Assembly (NCBI GenBank): GCA_946478665.1
Contig: CAMLCZ010000005.1
Span: 74,281-138,280 of the forward strand
From: an uncultured Bartonella sp.
GTDB taxonomy: Bacteria > Pseudomonadota > Alphaproteobacteria > Rhizobiales > Rhizobiaceae
DNA: 64,000 bases
Direction: 5' to 3'
Below the pieces are notes generated by a model. It worked only from the letters and a program-made list of their open reading frames with translations. It searched no databases and was not told the origin of the DNA. The translations under genes and the position numbers were made by a program. Numbering within the stretch: position 1 is the stretch's first letter; each line of letters opens with the position of its first letter. Positions 18,815-28,305 of this stretch are shown piece after piece.

Positions 18815-19546
18815 CATTGTAATGTTATTTAATCAATTGTCATTCGATAGTCATATAGTTCATTCAACTGTCATATAGTTCATTCGACAAAGCGTTTTTC
18901 ACTTCACAATGAAGCACATTTTTTAACGTAAACGCTTAATCAAACTTGATGTATCCCAACGTCCACCGCCAATATTCTGCACATCACCATAAAATTGGTC
19001 GATCAAAGCGATAATAGGTAAAACAGCGCCATTTCTTTTTGCTTCATCAAGGCAAATACCCAAATCCTTACGAATCCAGTCAACAGCAAAATCAAATTTA
19101 TCGTTAAGCATGGTCGAACCACGATTTTCCATTTGCCATGATACAGCAGCACCTTTGGAAATAACCTCTAAGAACGCTGGCCCATTGTAATGTAATTTAA
19201 TCAATTGTCATTCGATTGTCATATTGCTCATTCAACTGTCATATTGTTCATTCGACAAAGCGTTTTTCACTCACAATGACGCGCATTCTTTAACGTAAAC
19301 GCTTAATCAAACTTGATGTATCCCATCGTCCACCGCCAATATTCTGCACATCACCATAAAATTGGTCGATCAAAGCGATAATAGGTAAAACAGCGCCATT
19401 TCTTTTTGCTTCATCAAGGCAAATACCCAAATCTTTGCGCATCCAGTCAACAGCAAAACCAAAATCGAATTTATCGTCAAGCATGGTCGGACCACGATTT
19501 TCCATTTGCCACGATCCAGCAGCACCTTTGGAAATAACCTCTAAGA
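18815..19546. repeat. Tandem duplication (unit about 368 bp): 3' end of the dehydrogenase gene plus its downstream region
   Basis: Copy 1 is 18815-19173 and copy 2 is 19183-19546. Both begin cattgtaatgt(t/a)atttaatcaattgtcattcga and end ggaaataacctctaaga. By eye they are about 90% or more identical, with a 6-bp and a 1-bp indel. Confidence 0.9.
18923..19204 (-). pseudogene. Truncated duplicate (C-terminal roughly 80 aa only) of the adjacent HIBADH-family dehydrogenase
   Basis: The 93-aa ORF matches the C-terminus of the 19290-20153 product (LEVISKGAA.SWQMENRG...GGGRWDTSSLIKRLR). It lacks the Rossmann domain, and its N-terminus reads into duplicated intergenic DNA. Confidence 0.8.
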
Positions 19547-20153
19547 CAGCTGTCATATCCAATCCTGCTTTACGACCAAATGCCAATCCTTCAGCCAGTC
19601 CTTGAACGACACCAGCAAGGCATATCTGATTGACCATTTTGCATAATTGGCCACTTCCGCTTTCTCCCAACAAGCGAACGGAAACAGCGTAAGCCGAAAT
19701 AATATCAGCAATACGATCATAAACTTCTTTCCGACCACCGCACATAATAGTCAATTTGCCGTTTTCAGCCCCTGCCTGTCCGCCAGATACCGGAGCATCA
19801 ACAAAGCCAAGGCCTTTTTCTTCAGCAATCTTAAACAGCTCTCTAGCAACTTGTGCAGAATCCGTTGTGTGATCGACAAAAATGGCATTTTTTTTCATTG
19901 ATTTGAACGCACCTTGGTTACCAATGGTAACCTGTCGCAAATCATCATCATTACCGACACAGGCTATAACAACATCTTGGTCTTTTGCAGCCTCTTCCGG
20001 CGTATCGGCAAACTGGCCGCCATATTGCTTGACCCACTTTTCAGCTTTCGCTTTTGTCCGATTATAAACAGCAACATCATGCCCAGCATTTTTCAGATGC
20101 CCCGCCATTGGAAACCCCATAACGCCCAAACCAATAAATGCTATTTTTGCCAT
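19290..20153 (-). CDS. NAD(P)-dependent oxidoreductase, 3-hydroxyisobutyrate/2-hydroxy-3-oxopropionate reductase family
   Basis: Start set at the ATG at 20153 (MAKIAFIGLGVMGFPMAGHL, a Rossmann GxGxxG motif) with a GAGGAG RBS. The C-terminal domain is typical of the HIBADH/6PGDH-like family. Confidence 0.85.
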   Translation of the reverse strand: MAKIAFIGLGVMGFPMAGHLKNAGHDVAVYNRTKAKAEKWVKQYGGQFADTPEEAAKDQDVVIACVGNDDDLRQVTIGNQGAFKSMKKNAIFVDHTTDSAQVARELFKIAEEKGLGFVDAPVSGGQAGAENGKLTIMCGGRKEVYDRIADIISAYAVSVRLLGESGSGQLCKMVNQICLAGVVQGLAEGLAFGRKAGLDMTAVLEVISKGAAGSWQMENRGPTMLDDKFDFGFAVDWMRKDLGICLDEAKRNGAVLPIIALIDQFYGDVQNIGGGRWDTSSLIKRLR

Positions 20154-20461
20154 TTTGTTCTCCTCTCGAATACCCTGATAGCGATAAACTGCAGATGACC
20201 GCTGAAAATGCATTCAAGTAATTTTTCAAGTGATTTTTTATGAAAAAAATTCATAGCCACATGCCATCTAATGCATTTTATAAAGTAATATTACCATAAT
20301 ATACATAAAAACCAATTTGTTATGAAGTATTCCTTTGCAAAATCACGAACAAAACCTGTCTCAATAGAATTCTCATAACGATCATTGTCACAAAATTTAA
20401 TTCTAATGACCCGTTATTAGCTTAGATCAGTTGATCCAATATACAGAAAGGATTTTTCTCA

Positions 20462-21511
20462 ATGTTCACTTGTGAAGCATTTGCCGTTAATGGCTCTGAT
20501 GAAAGTTTCAAGCCATTTACCTTTGAGCGTCGTGATCCTCTGCCTTACGATATCGATATTGATATCCTTTACTGCGGAGTATGTCATTCGGATTTGCATA
20601 CAGCGCGTGGTGAATGGGGCGGCACAATGTATCCATGTGTGCCAGGTCATGAAATTGTAGGAACAGTACGGCGCATTGGCGATAAGGTAACAAAATTCAA
20701 ACTGGGTGACAAAGTTGGCGTGGGTTGTATGGTAAACTCGTGTGGCCAATGTAGTTCTTGCCAGCAAGGTCTTGAACAATACTGCCTGAATGGCAATACT
20801 TTGACATATAATAGCCCTGACCCTGAAACCGGTAAAGATCGTCATACATTTGGTGGATATTCCAAACGTATTGTTGTTAACGAAAATTTCGTTTTAAAAA
20901 TTCCGGATAATCTTGACTTAGCGGCTGCAGCACCACTCCTTTGCGCTGGTATTACCACCTATTCGCCATTACGCCACTGGAATGCTGGTAAAGGCAAAAG
21001 AGTGGGTGTCGCAGGCTTGGGAGGTTTGGGGCATATGGCTGTTAAACTTGCCCATGCCATGGGAAGCGAGGTTACGATGCTGACAACTTCGCCATCAAAG
21101 GCAAATGATGCCCGTCGCTTAGGTGCGGACCATATTGTGCTGACCCGTGACAAAAATGAATTGGAAAAAGCCGCTAATTCGCTTGATCTGATAATAGATA
21201 CGATAGCCGCTGAACATGACATTAACATTTATCTCAATCTGCTAGCGCTTGACGGCGTTATTGCGCAAGTTGGCGCACCAACAAAACCACTGCCTGTGGA
21301 AGCGTTCAACCTTATATTGAAGCGCCGCACCTTTGCAGGATCAACCATCGGCAGCATAGCCGAGACACAAGAAATGCTGGATTTTTGCGGTGCCCACAAT
21401 ATTACAGCCGATATCGAAATGATTAAAGCACAAGACATCGATCATGCGTATGAACGCATGGTGAAGAGCGATGTCAAATATCGCTTCGTCATTGATATGG
21501 CATCATTCTAA
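20462..21511 (+). CDS. Zinc-dependent NAD(P) alcohol dehydrogenase (cinnamyl-alcohol DH/YahK-like)
   Basis: Catalytic Zn motif GVCHSDLH, structural Zn cysteines CGQCSSCQQGLEQYC, and Rossmann GVAGLGGLGH. Confidence 0.85.
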   Translation: MFTCEAFAVNGSDESFKPFTFERRDPLPYDIDIDILYCGVCHSDLHTARGEWGGTMYPCVPGHEIVGTVRRIGDKVTKFKLGDKVGVGCMVNSCGQCSSCQQGLEQYCLNGNTLTYNSPDPETGKDRHTFGGYSKRIVVNENFVLKIPDNLDLAAAAPLLCAGITTYSPLRHWNAGKGKRVGVAGLGGLGHMAVKLAHAMGSEVTMLTTSPSKANDARRLGADHIVLTRDKNELEKAANSLDLIIDTIAAEHDINIYLNLLALDGVIAQVGAPTKPLPVEAFNLILKRRTFAGSTIGSIAETQEMLDFCGAHNITADIEMIKAQDIDHAYERMVKSDVKYRFVIDMASF

Positions 21512-21524
21512 AGGGGATAGAGTG

Positions 21525-21929
21525 ATGGAAATAAAGCGCAGTGGGTGCAGACCATCGGGCAAAGTACCGTCAGACTATTTTACTGGAACGGTACGATTGG
21601 ATCCTGCAATTGATCCGCATGCAGGTTCCAACCTATTGGCAGGCCATGTTACCTTTGAACCTGGCGCCCGAACACATTGGCATACGCATCCAAAAGGCCA
21701 ATCAATCATCATCACATTTGGGCGGGGTTGGATTCAACGTGAAGGTGGCCCCGTTGAAGAAGTATATGCCGGCGATATCGTATGGTTTGAACCAAACGAA
21801 AAACACTGGCATGGCGCGTCACCTGATTCGGCAATGTCGCATTATGCGATTCAAGAGACAGTTGACGGCAAAAGTGCCGACTGGCTAGAGCCTGTAAGCG
21901 ATAATCAGTACCAACGAACCAATAGATGA
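21525..21929 (+). CDS. Cupin domain protein
   Basis: Start at the ATG at 21525 (MEIKRSG) with an AGGGGA RBS. Cupin metal motif FEPGARTHWHTHPKGQ...WHGA. Confidence 0.7.
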   Translation: MEIKRSGCRPSGKVPSDYFTGTVRLDPAIDPHAGSNLLAGHVTFEPGARTHWHTHPKGQSIIITFGRGWIQREGGPVEEVYAGDIVWFEPNEKHWHGASPDSAMSHYAIQETVDGKSADWLEPVSDNQYQRTNR

Positions 21930-21955
21930 ATAGTCTAATAATGAATTAAGTTAAG

Positions 21956-21983
21956 AAACGGCGTGCTAACGCCGTTTTTTTTT
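21956..21983 (+). terminator. Rho-independent terminator after the cupin gene
   Basis: acggcg-tgctaa-cgccgt followed by a T9 run. Confidence 0.75.
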
Positions 21984-22033
21984 CCACACCCTATCATGTT
22001 ATTTTTTTTAAATTTTTTGTAATCTTTTGAATT

Positions 22034-22050
22034 ATTCTAAAATGTAGAAT
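22034..22050. promoter_or_regulatory. Candidate operator: 17-bp palindrome abutting a TTGACA -35 box
   Basis: ATTCTA-AAATG-TAGAAT, immediately followed by TTGACA (22052-22057), about 70 bp upstream of the TonB-dependent receptor ATG. Confidence 0.35.
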
Positions 22051-22120
22051 ATTGACAGCCCATGTTAATAACTTTTTAAATAATACAAATTTTATCAAGT
22101 TATTAATAGAGAGTTCAACA

Positions 22121-24388
22121 ATGGCCGAAAAAAGCGGTATTGGTCGTCGCATCATAAACAATCGTTTTATGTTGCTCGTCGCCAGCAGCGTGTGTTCAAC
22201 AACATTGCTTCTTCCTATGACTGATGTGCTTGCACAATCTGTCGAAAAAACAGAAGAAGGTAGTTCCAAGCAAACCAGCAAAAGAAAAAATAACGATAAG
22301 CAAGCGGTGGCTCAATCGAACAATACCTCTGACAATGCCAATGAGGGTCAAGTAGCAAATGCTGCTGAAGGAACATTGTTAAAGCAGGTTGTTGTGAGTG
22401 CGACCGGCTTTGAACAGAACCTCAAGGATGCGCCTGCGAGTATTTCGGTCATTCCGCGTGAAGAAATAGAAAAAAATTCATTCCATGACCTGACTGATGC
22501 GTTACGCACGGTGCAAGGTGTTGCTGTTACAGGAACTGCAGATAAACAAGATATATTTATCCGTGGTTTGCCTGGCGAATACACGCTTATTTTGGTGGAC
22601 GGAAAACGTCAGAGCACACGTGAAGCCAGAACAAACGGAAGTTCCGGTTTTGAACAAAGCTTCATACCACCGGCTTCGGCTATTGAACGGATTGAGGTTG
22701 TGCGTGGGCCGATGTCTTCATTATATGGTTCTGATGCGATGGGTGGTGTTATCAACATCATTACGCGTAAAGTTCCTGAAAAATGGACAGGAAGCTTTAC
22801 TCTTGATGGCACGGCAAACCAACATAGTGAATATGGTAATACGGCTCAAGGCAGCTATTATGTTGGTGGACCTATTGCACCCAATGTTGTGGGAATGCAA
22901 TTGTGGGGACGTGGTCTTGGACGTGAGGAAGATGATATTATTTCCGGTACGCCAAAGAAAAAAGAAGCCGATATTACCGGTAAAGTCACCGTTACCCCAA
23001 ATGAAAACCATGACCTGACATTTGAGGCAGGCCACACAAAATTACGCCGTTACAGCACGGTGGGGCACAATATTGAACGCACGGAAAATATCAGTCGCAG
23101 ACCGGTTAACACCTATAACACGAATGACCGTGACCACTGGTCGGTTGGTTATACAGGCCGCTTTGGTTGGACAACAGGTGAGTTTTCTTTGCAGCAAGAA
23201 ACAGGACAACGCACCAATTATAGTTGGGACGATAAAACTCATGATTATGCTGCAAATTTAAGATCACCTGAAATACGCAACACTGTTTTTGATGGTAAAT
23301 TTACCACCCCATTCGAACTCTTTGGCAACCATACTCTGGTGACGGGCGGGCAGTTTAACAAAGGCGTATTGACCGATCAAAACCCTGGTATGAGAACAGG
23401 ACTTGACGAGCAATTTTCTATCGAGCAATGGGCTGGCTTTGCTGAGGATGAATGGTGGCTTACCGACACATTCTCGCTAACAGGTGGTGTGCGTATGGAC
23501 CATCACCAGATTTATGGCGAACATTGGAGCCCACGTGGTTATGCTGTTTGGCATGCAACCGATAACTTGGTTTTCAAAGGTGGTGTTTCTACCGGTTTCA
23601 AAGCACCTGAAATCAGAGAAATTGCCCCTGGTTATGCCTACACAACGGGTGGCGGAAACTGTTTTTATGGCAGAAATCCTCCAAAGGGCAGAAACCGCTG
23701 CGGTGTTATCATTGGTGCCGACAATCTCGAAGCTGAAAAAAGTACCTCTTACGAATTCAGTATTTTATGGGATAACCAAGATTCATTACAGTTAGGTGCA
23801 ACCTATTTTTATACCGACTTCAAGGATAAGGTTACTGACCGCCAAGTTATAGACAGCAATGGTAAACAGGTTGAATGGTCTGTTGATCCAAACTACGTTC
23901 TATATGAAAACCTGAATATTGATAATGCCGTTATGCAAGGCGTTGAATTGACGGGTACATGGGTTGCGACAGAAACCATTAGTCTGCGTGGAAATTATAC
24001 TTACACCGATTCAGATCAGAAATCTGGTGACTATGAAGGATTACCATTAGCCAGAACACCAAAGCATATGGCCAATTTACGTGCCGATTGGAAAACACCT
24101 ATCGATAAGTTGGAAAGCTTTGCTGCTGCAAATTACCATGGCAAAGAAACCAATGCTGGTTTTAGAACAGGAACTGCCGGTAAAGCCGTGTATAAAGATG
24201 GTAAAATCGTAGGACGTGAATATGATGATTATTTCACGTTTGACATTGGTGCGTCCTATACATTCAGCGAAAATGTCAAAATGAATGCTGCCATTTATAA
24301 CATTTTTGATAAGCGTGTTGGTGTCGACCAATTTAATGATGTTGTTGAAGGTCGCCGTTTGTGGGTAAGCATGACATCGCAATTCTAA
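22121..24388 (+). CDS. TonB-dependent siderophore receptor
   Basis: Start at the ATG at 22121 (signal peptide ...LLLPMTDVLAQS). Plug motifs (DAPASISVIPREEIE, GGVINIITRK) and a C-terminal strand ending TSQF. Confidence 0.85.
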   Translation: MAEKSGIGRRIINNRFMLLVASSVCSTTLLLPMTDVLAQSVEKTEEGSSKQTSKRKNNDKQAVAQSNNTSDNANEGQVANAAEGTLLKQVVVSATGFEQNLKDAPASISVIPREEIEKNSFHDLTDALRTVQGVAVTGTADKQDIFIRGLPGEYTLILVDGKRQSTREARTNGSSGFEQSFIPPASAIERIEVVRGPMSSLYGSDAMGGVINIITRKVPEKWTGSFTLDGTANQHSEYGNTAQGSYYVGGPIAPNVVGMQLWGRGLGREEDDIISGTPKKKEADITGKVTVTPNENHDLTFEAGHTKLRRYSTVGHNIERTENISRRPVNTYNTNDRDHWSVGYTGRFGWTTGEFSLQQETGQRTNYSWDDKTHDYAANLRSPEIRNTVFDGKFTTPFELFGNHTLVTGGQFNKGVLTDQNPGMRTGLDEQFSIEQWAGFAEDEWWLTDTFSLTGGVRMDHHQIYGEHWSPRGYAVWHATDNLVFKGGVSTGFKAPEIREIAPGYAYTTGGGNCFYGRNPPKGRNRCGVIIGADNLEAEKSTSYEFSILWDNQDSLQLGATYFYTDFKDKVTDRQVIDSNGKQVEWSVDPNYVLYENLNIDNAVMQGVELTGTWVATETISLRGNYTYTDSDQKSGDYEGLPLARTPKHMANLRADWKTPIDKLESFAAANYHGKETNAGFRTGTAGKAVYKDGKIVGREYDDYFTFDIGASYTFSENVKMNAAIYNIFDKRVGVDQFNDVVEGRRLWVSMTSQF

Positions 24389-24411
24389 ATGCTTCAATTC
24401 TGAATGGATTA

Positions 24412-25338
24412 ATGAAAATGGCAAAATTTAGTGGGTTCAAGTGTTGGGTAAAACGCATTTCGCGTTTCACATTGGGCTTAGCTTTTCTATTGATGCCAAA
24501 AGCAGTTGTCGCAAATGATGCTCCATCAACAAATGCAATGAGCACGTCACAAATAGAGATTAAAGGCGATAATGAATTGCCTTATCTCGTGCTGATCGCA
24601 AAACCACAAAAAGCCGCCCCCAAAAAGGGGTGGCCTGTTGTGATTTTATTGGATGGTAACAGAACTTTACCTATTGCCAAGAATTTTGCACCCAATGCGC
24701 TCTTGGTTGGCATTGGTTACCCCACCGACAAGCCTGAGGACATTGTTGCTCGGCGCTATTATGATCTGACGCCCTATGCACCGGCTGATAAGATCCCCTT
24801 TAAAGATAGCGAAAAGGCACCCAATACTGGTGGTGAAGTTGCTTTTCGCAATTTGATAATGAAAACAATTCTACCACGCGTAAAAAAAGACTACCCCGTT
24901 GATGACAAGCAAATAACGCTCTTTGGCCATTCACTGGGTGGACTATTTGTGATGAACACATTGATCTCTGATGATCGTACAACATTCAATACATTTTGCG
25001 CTGCAGATCCATCAATATGGTGGAACGGTCATCAATTCATGACAGATGTAAAAGCATTCCGTCATTTCGATACTATGCGCGCACGCATGCTTATTGAGGT
25101 TTCAGGAACAACTAGGGTTCCCAACGATATCGACGAGGCACAAAAAAAACGGATCCATGATTTAAGAATTGGTCCAAATGGTAAAAACGTATCTGTTTTT
25201 CTTCAAAAAAATACACACATAAAAACAACATTCCATCGCTTCAAGGACAAAACTCACGGAACGATGATTGTTCCTTCAGTTAAAGACTGTCTAAATTTTT
25301 CTTTGAATAAACAATTCAAGCCCCATCATTCCAATTAA
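24412..25338 (+). CDS. Secreted alpha/beta-hydrolase, siderophore (enterobactin-type) esterase-like (IroE/Fes/BesA class)
   Basis: Signal peptide, nucleophile elbow GHSLGG, and a position between the receptor and the siderophore ABC genes. Start at 24412 or 24418. Confidence 0.65.
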   Translation: MKMAKFSGFKCWVKRISRFTLGLAFLLMPKAVVANDAPSTNAMSTSQIEIKGDNELPYLVLIAKPQKAAPKKGWPVVILLDGNRTLPIAKNFAPNALLVGIGYPTDKPEDIVARRYYDLTPYAPADKIPFKDSEKAPNTGGEVAFRNLIMKTILPRVKKDYPVDDKQITLFGHSLGGLFVMNTLISDDRTTFNTFCAADPSIWWNGHQFMTDVKAFRHFDTMRARMLIEVSGTTRVPNDIDEAQKKRIHDLRIGPNGKNVSVFLQKNTHIKTTFHRFKDKTHGTMIVPSVKDCLNFSLNKQFKPHHSN

Positions 25339-25348
25339 CGAGGACACC

Positions 25349-26278
25349 ATGATTACTAGACGCAATACAATCGCAGCGCTTGTTCTAGGCGCTTTGGCAT
25401 CGGCTATCTCTTTTACAACACCAAGCTTAGCAGATGTTACAATCAAGCACGCATCGGGTGAAACAGCGATACCCGATCATCCGAAAAAAGTCGTTGTATT
25501 CGATCTTGCAACACTTGATAATCTTAACCGCTTAGGCGTAACCGACATTGTTGGTGTTCCTGAAGGTATTAAGCCTAAATATCTACAACAATATAATGAT
25601 GCCAAATACACAAAAGTTGGCACATTATTTGAACCAAATTATGAGGTTGTGGCAAGTTTAAAACCAGACCTCATTATCATTGCTGGGCGTTCACAACCAA
25701 AATATAAGGATTTGTCAAAAATTGCGCCAACGATCGACTTGACAGTCAACAACAACCATTATTTGGCCGATGTTGACCACAATGTAACGCTTCTTGGACA
25801 AATTTTTGATAAAAAAGATCAGGCTAAATCAGAAATTGATGCCCTCAACAAAAAATTGACAGAAACACGCAAAGCTGCAGAAGATAAAGGGACTGGCCTT
25901 TTGATCCTGACAACAGGCGGTAAAATGAGTGCTTTCGGTCCTGGTTCCAGATTTGGACTTCTCCATTCAGGCTTCGGTGTAAAGCCTGCCAATGACAAGT
26001 TGGAAGTTAACAAGCATGGTCAAATGATTTCACCGGAATTCATTCTTGAAACAAATCCGGATTGGTTGTTTGTTATTGACCGCGACGCCGCTATCGGAAG
26101 AGAAGGTCAATCTGCTGCACAGCTTTTGGATAACGAACTTGTTAAAAAGACAAAGGCTGCCCAGAATAACCATATCGTATATCTCGACCCTCAAAATTGG
26201 TATCTGATTGGTGGTGGGTTGTCTGGCCTTAATGAAACAGCTGACCAGTTGATGGATGCTTTTTCAAAGACAAAATAA
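25349..26278 (+). CDS. Siderophore ABC transporter substrate-binding protein (FatB/YclQ/CeuE class)
   Basis: 309 aa with a signal peptide and class III SBP features (PKKVVVFDLATLDNL...KPDLIIIAGR). Confidence 0.85.
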   Translation: MITRRNTIAALVLGALASAISFTTPSLADVTIKHASGETAIPDHPKKVVVFDLATLDNLNRLGVTDIVGVPEGIKPKYLQQYNDAKYTKVGTLFEPNYEVVASLKPDLIIIAGRSQPKYKDLSKIAPTIDLTVNNNHYLADVDHNVTLLGQIFDKKDQAKSEIDALNKKLTETRKAAEDKGTGLLILTTGGKMSAFGPGSRFGLLHSGFGVKPANDKLEVNKHGQMISPEFILETNPDWLFVIDRDAAIGREGQSAAQLLDNELVKKTKAAQNNHIVYLDPQNWYLIGGGLSGLNETADQLMDAFSKTK

Positions 26279-26378
26279 AACTAACGAAACTTCTTGACAA
26301 AAAACCTCAAGAAATTGGTTGATTGTCTAACGAATACACGGTTAAACACCAGAGTGATTGATTCAATAACGCACTCTG

Positions 26379-27362
26379 GTGTTTTCTATTCAGGTAATAA
26401 GTTACGTGCGATATTACGTATTTGGTATAATAGTTATAGGTCTGCTAGCAGTCATCAGCATTTTCTTAGGGTTTTCTGATGTCACGCTAACCAGTTTAAT
26501 AAATGGTGATGCCAATGCTTGGCTGGTTTTTTGGCAAACTCGTATTCCACGCACAATATCCTTAATTCTGGCGGGTATGTCGCTCGCATTATCTGGCATG
26601 ATTATGCAAATATTAACGCGTAATCGTTTTGTTGAACCATCAACCGCTGGCACTGTTGAAGCAGCTTCTCTTGGTATCCTATTCATTATGATGTTTACAC
26701 CGGGAATTCCTGTTCTAGGAAAAATGGCTATTTCAACAATGTTTGCCTTTGCTGGTTCTCTGATCTTCATGTTTTTGTTGCGGCAAATTCCATTGCGATC
26801 TGTTCTGATTGTGCCATTAACTGGTATTATGTTGGGCTATGTCATTGGCGCGATTACAAATGGTATTGCCGACCAACAAATGCTTTTACCATCATTGCAA
26901 GCCTATTTGTTTGGCAGTTTTTCCATGGTTATTGATGGAAAATACGAATTATTATGGCTCGCTGTTCCACTATGTTTGATAGCGTTTTTCGCCGCTGATA
27001 AATTTACTGTTGCTGGCTTTGGTGAAGATTTTTCAAGCAATCTCGGTTTGAATTACCGCAATGTTATGTTGTTGGGATTGTTAATCGTCTCGATGATTAC
27101 AGCGTGTGTCATCTGTACTGTCGGACGTATTCCTTTCATCGGTCTCGTGGTTCCCAACATCGTATCAATCGTAATCGGTGATAATATGCGTCGCAGTGCG
27201 CCTTGGGTGGCTATTACGGGCGCAGGTCTTGTTCTTTTTTGTGACATTCTTGGGCGCGTAATCAATAAATCGGCAGAAATACCGGTAGGAACAATGATGG
27301 GCGTTATTGGCAGTATACTCTTTATCGCGCTTCTTCTACGTTGGAGGAAACGCCTTGGATAA
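26379..27362 (+). CDS. FecCD-family siderophore ABC permease (YclN/FatD-like)
   Basis: 327-aa polytopic protein with the motif RIPRTISLILAGMSLALSGMIMQILTRNRFVEPSTAG. Confidence 0.85.
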   Translation: MFSIQVISYVRYYVFGIIVIGLLAVISIFLGFSDVTLTSLINGDANAWLVFWQTRIPRTISLILAGMSLALSGMIMQILTRNRFVEPSTAGTVEAASLGILFIMMFTPGIPVLGKMAISTMFAFAGSLIFMFLLRQIPLRSVLIVPLTGIMLGYVIGAITNGIADQQMLLPSLQAYLFGSFSMVIDGKYELLWLAVPLCLIAFFAADKFTVAGFGEDFSSNLGLNYRNVMLLGLLIVSMITACVICTVGRIPFIGLVVPNIVSIVIGDNMRRSAPWVAITGAGLVLFCDILGRVINKSAEIPVGTMMGVIGSILFIALLLRWRKRLG

Positions 27363-28305
27363 AACAAAATCCTATAAATCGATATTTATAATTCTTATCT
27401 TATCTGCAGTAGTGGTTGTTGCACTTTATCTATCATGGAATATTACCGCAACGATCCTGCCTTTTCGCCTCAATAAATTGATATCCTTGATATTGATTGC
27501 TTATACAATCGCGGTATCGACAATATTATTTCAAACCGTATCCAATAATCGTATTCTGACACCGTCCATTATGGGCTTTGACCAACTTTATATTCTTATT
27601 CAAACCGTCATTGTTTATTTTATCGGCACAACGCACATACCCGGAGTCAGTGAAGAACTACAGTTCATTGTTGTTTCCTTGATATTGATTTTATTTTCGA
27701 CTGTTTTGTTTAGTTGGCTTTTTTCTGGAAGCATCAAAGGGCTTCATATGACACTGCTTATCGGTGTCGTTTTCGGTGGTTTATTTTTTAGTTTGCGCAT
27801 GCTGATGCAATTGCAATTAAATCCCGATGAGGCGGTCAATCTTACCGATGTTATGTTCGCCAATTTCAACCGCTTCAACACGGGCTTGATCGGTATTTCA
27901 TCAATCATTGTTATTGTCGTTTCGCTGATAGGTTGGCGTATGCGGTATCTTTTTGATGTGTTATCTCTTGGGCGGGACACAGCAATCAACCTTGGCATAG
28001 ACTATCGTACAAAAGTAACACGCATTCTGATTATGATTTCGATACTTGTTTCGATTTCGACAGCCTTGGTTGGCCCAGTTACATTTTTTGGCTTGCTGGT
28101 GGCAAGCCTTGCCTATCAATTTGCTCCCAATGGCAAACATATAACCGTTTTACCGGTCGCAGTATTATTGTCGATAATATTTCTCGTCGGTGGTCAATTT
28201 GTTCTCGAACAATTATTCAATATGGCAGGTCGTTTGAGTTTTATCATAGAATTTTTAGGCGGACTTGTCTTTTTAACCTTATTGATGAAGGGAAAACTAA
28301 AGTGA
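27355..28305 (+). CDS. FecCD-family siderophore ABC permease (YclO/FatC-like)
   Basis: Polytopic membrane protein. The proposed TTG start at 27355 sits 7 nt after a GGAGG and overlaps the upstream stop. The ORF-track start at 27307 would overlap the previous gene by 56 bp. Confidence 0.8.
   Translation: MDKTKSYKSIFIILILSAVVVVALYLSWNITATILPFRLNKLISLILIAYTIAVSTILFQTVSNNRILTPSIMGFDQLYILIQTVIVYFIGTTHIPGVSEELQFIVVSLILILFSTVLFSWLFSGSIKGLHMTLLIGVVFGGLFFSLRMLMQLQLNPDEAVNLTDVMFANFNRFNTGLIGISSIIVIVVSLIGWRMRYLFDVLSLGRDTAINLGIDYRTKVTRILIMISILVSISTALVGPVTFFGLLVASLAYQFAPNGKHITVLPVAVLLSIIFLVGGQFVLEQLFNMAGRLSFIIEFLGGLVFLTLLMKGKLK

Noticed and set aside
22034-22050. Calling the ATTCTAAAATGTAGAAT palindrome a canonical Irr ICE box
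   Set aside because: The ICE consensus, as I recall it, is TTTAGAA-N3-TTCTAAA. Here the half-sites are in the opposite order, so the sequence differs. I kept it only as a generic candidate operator.
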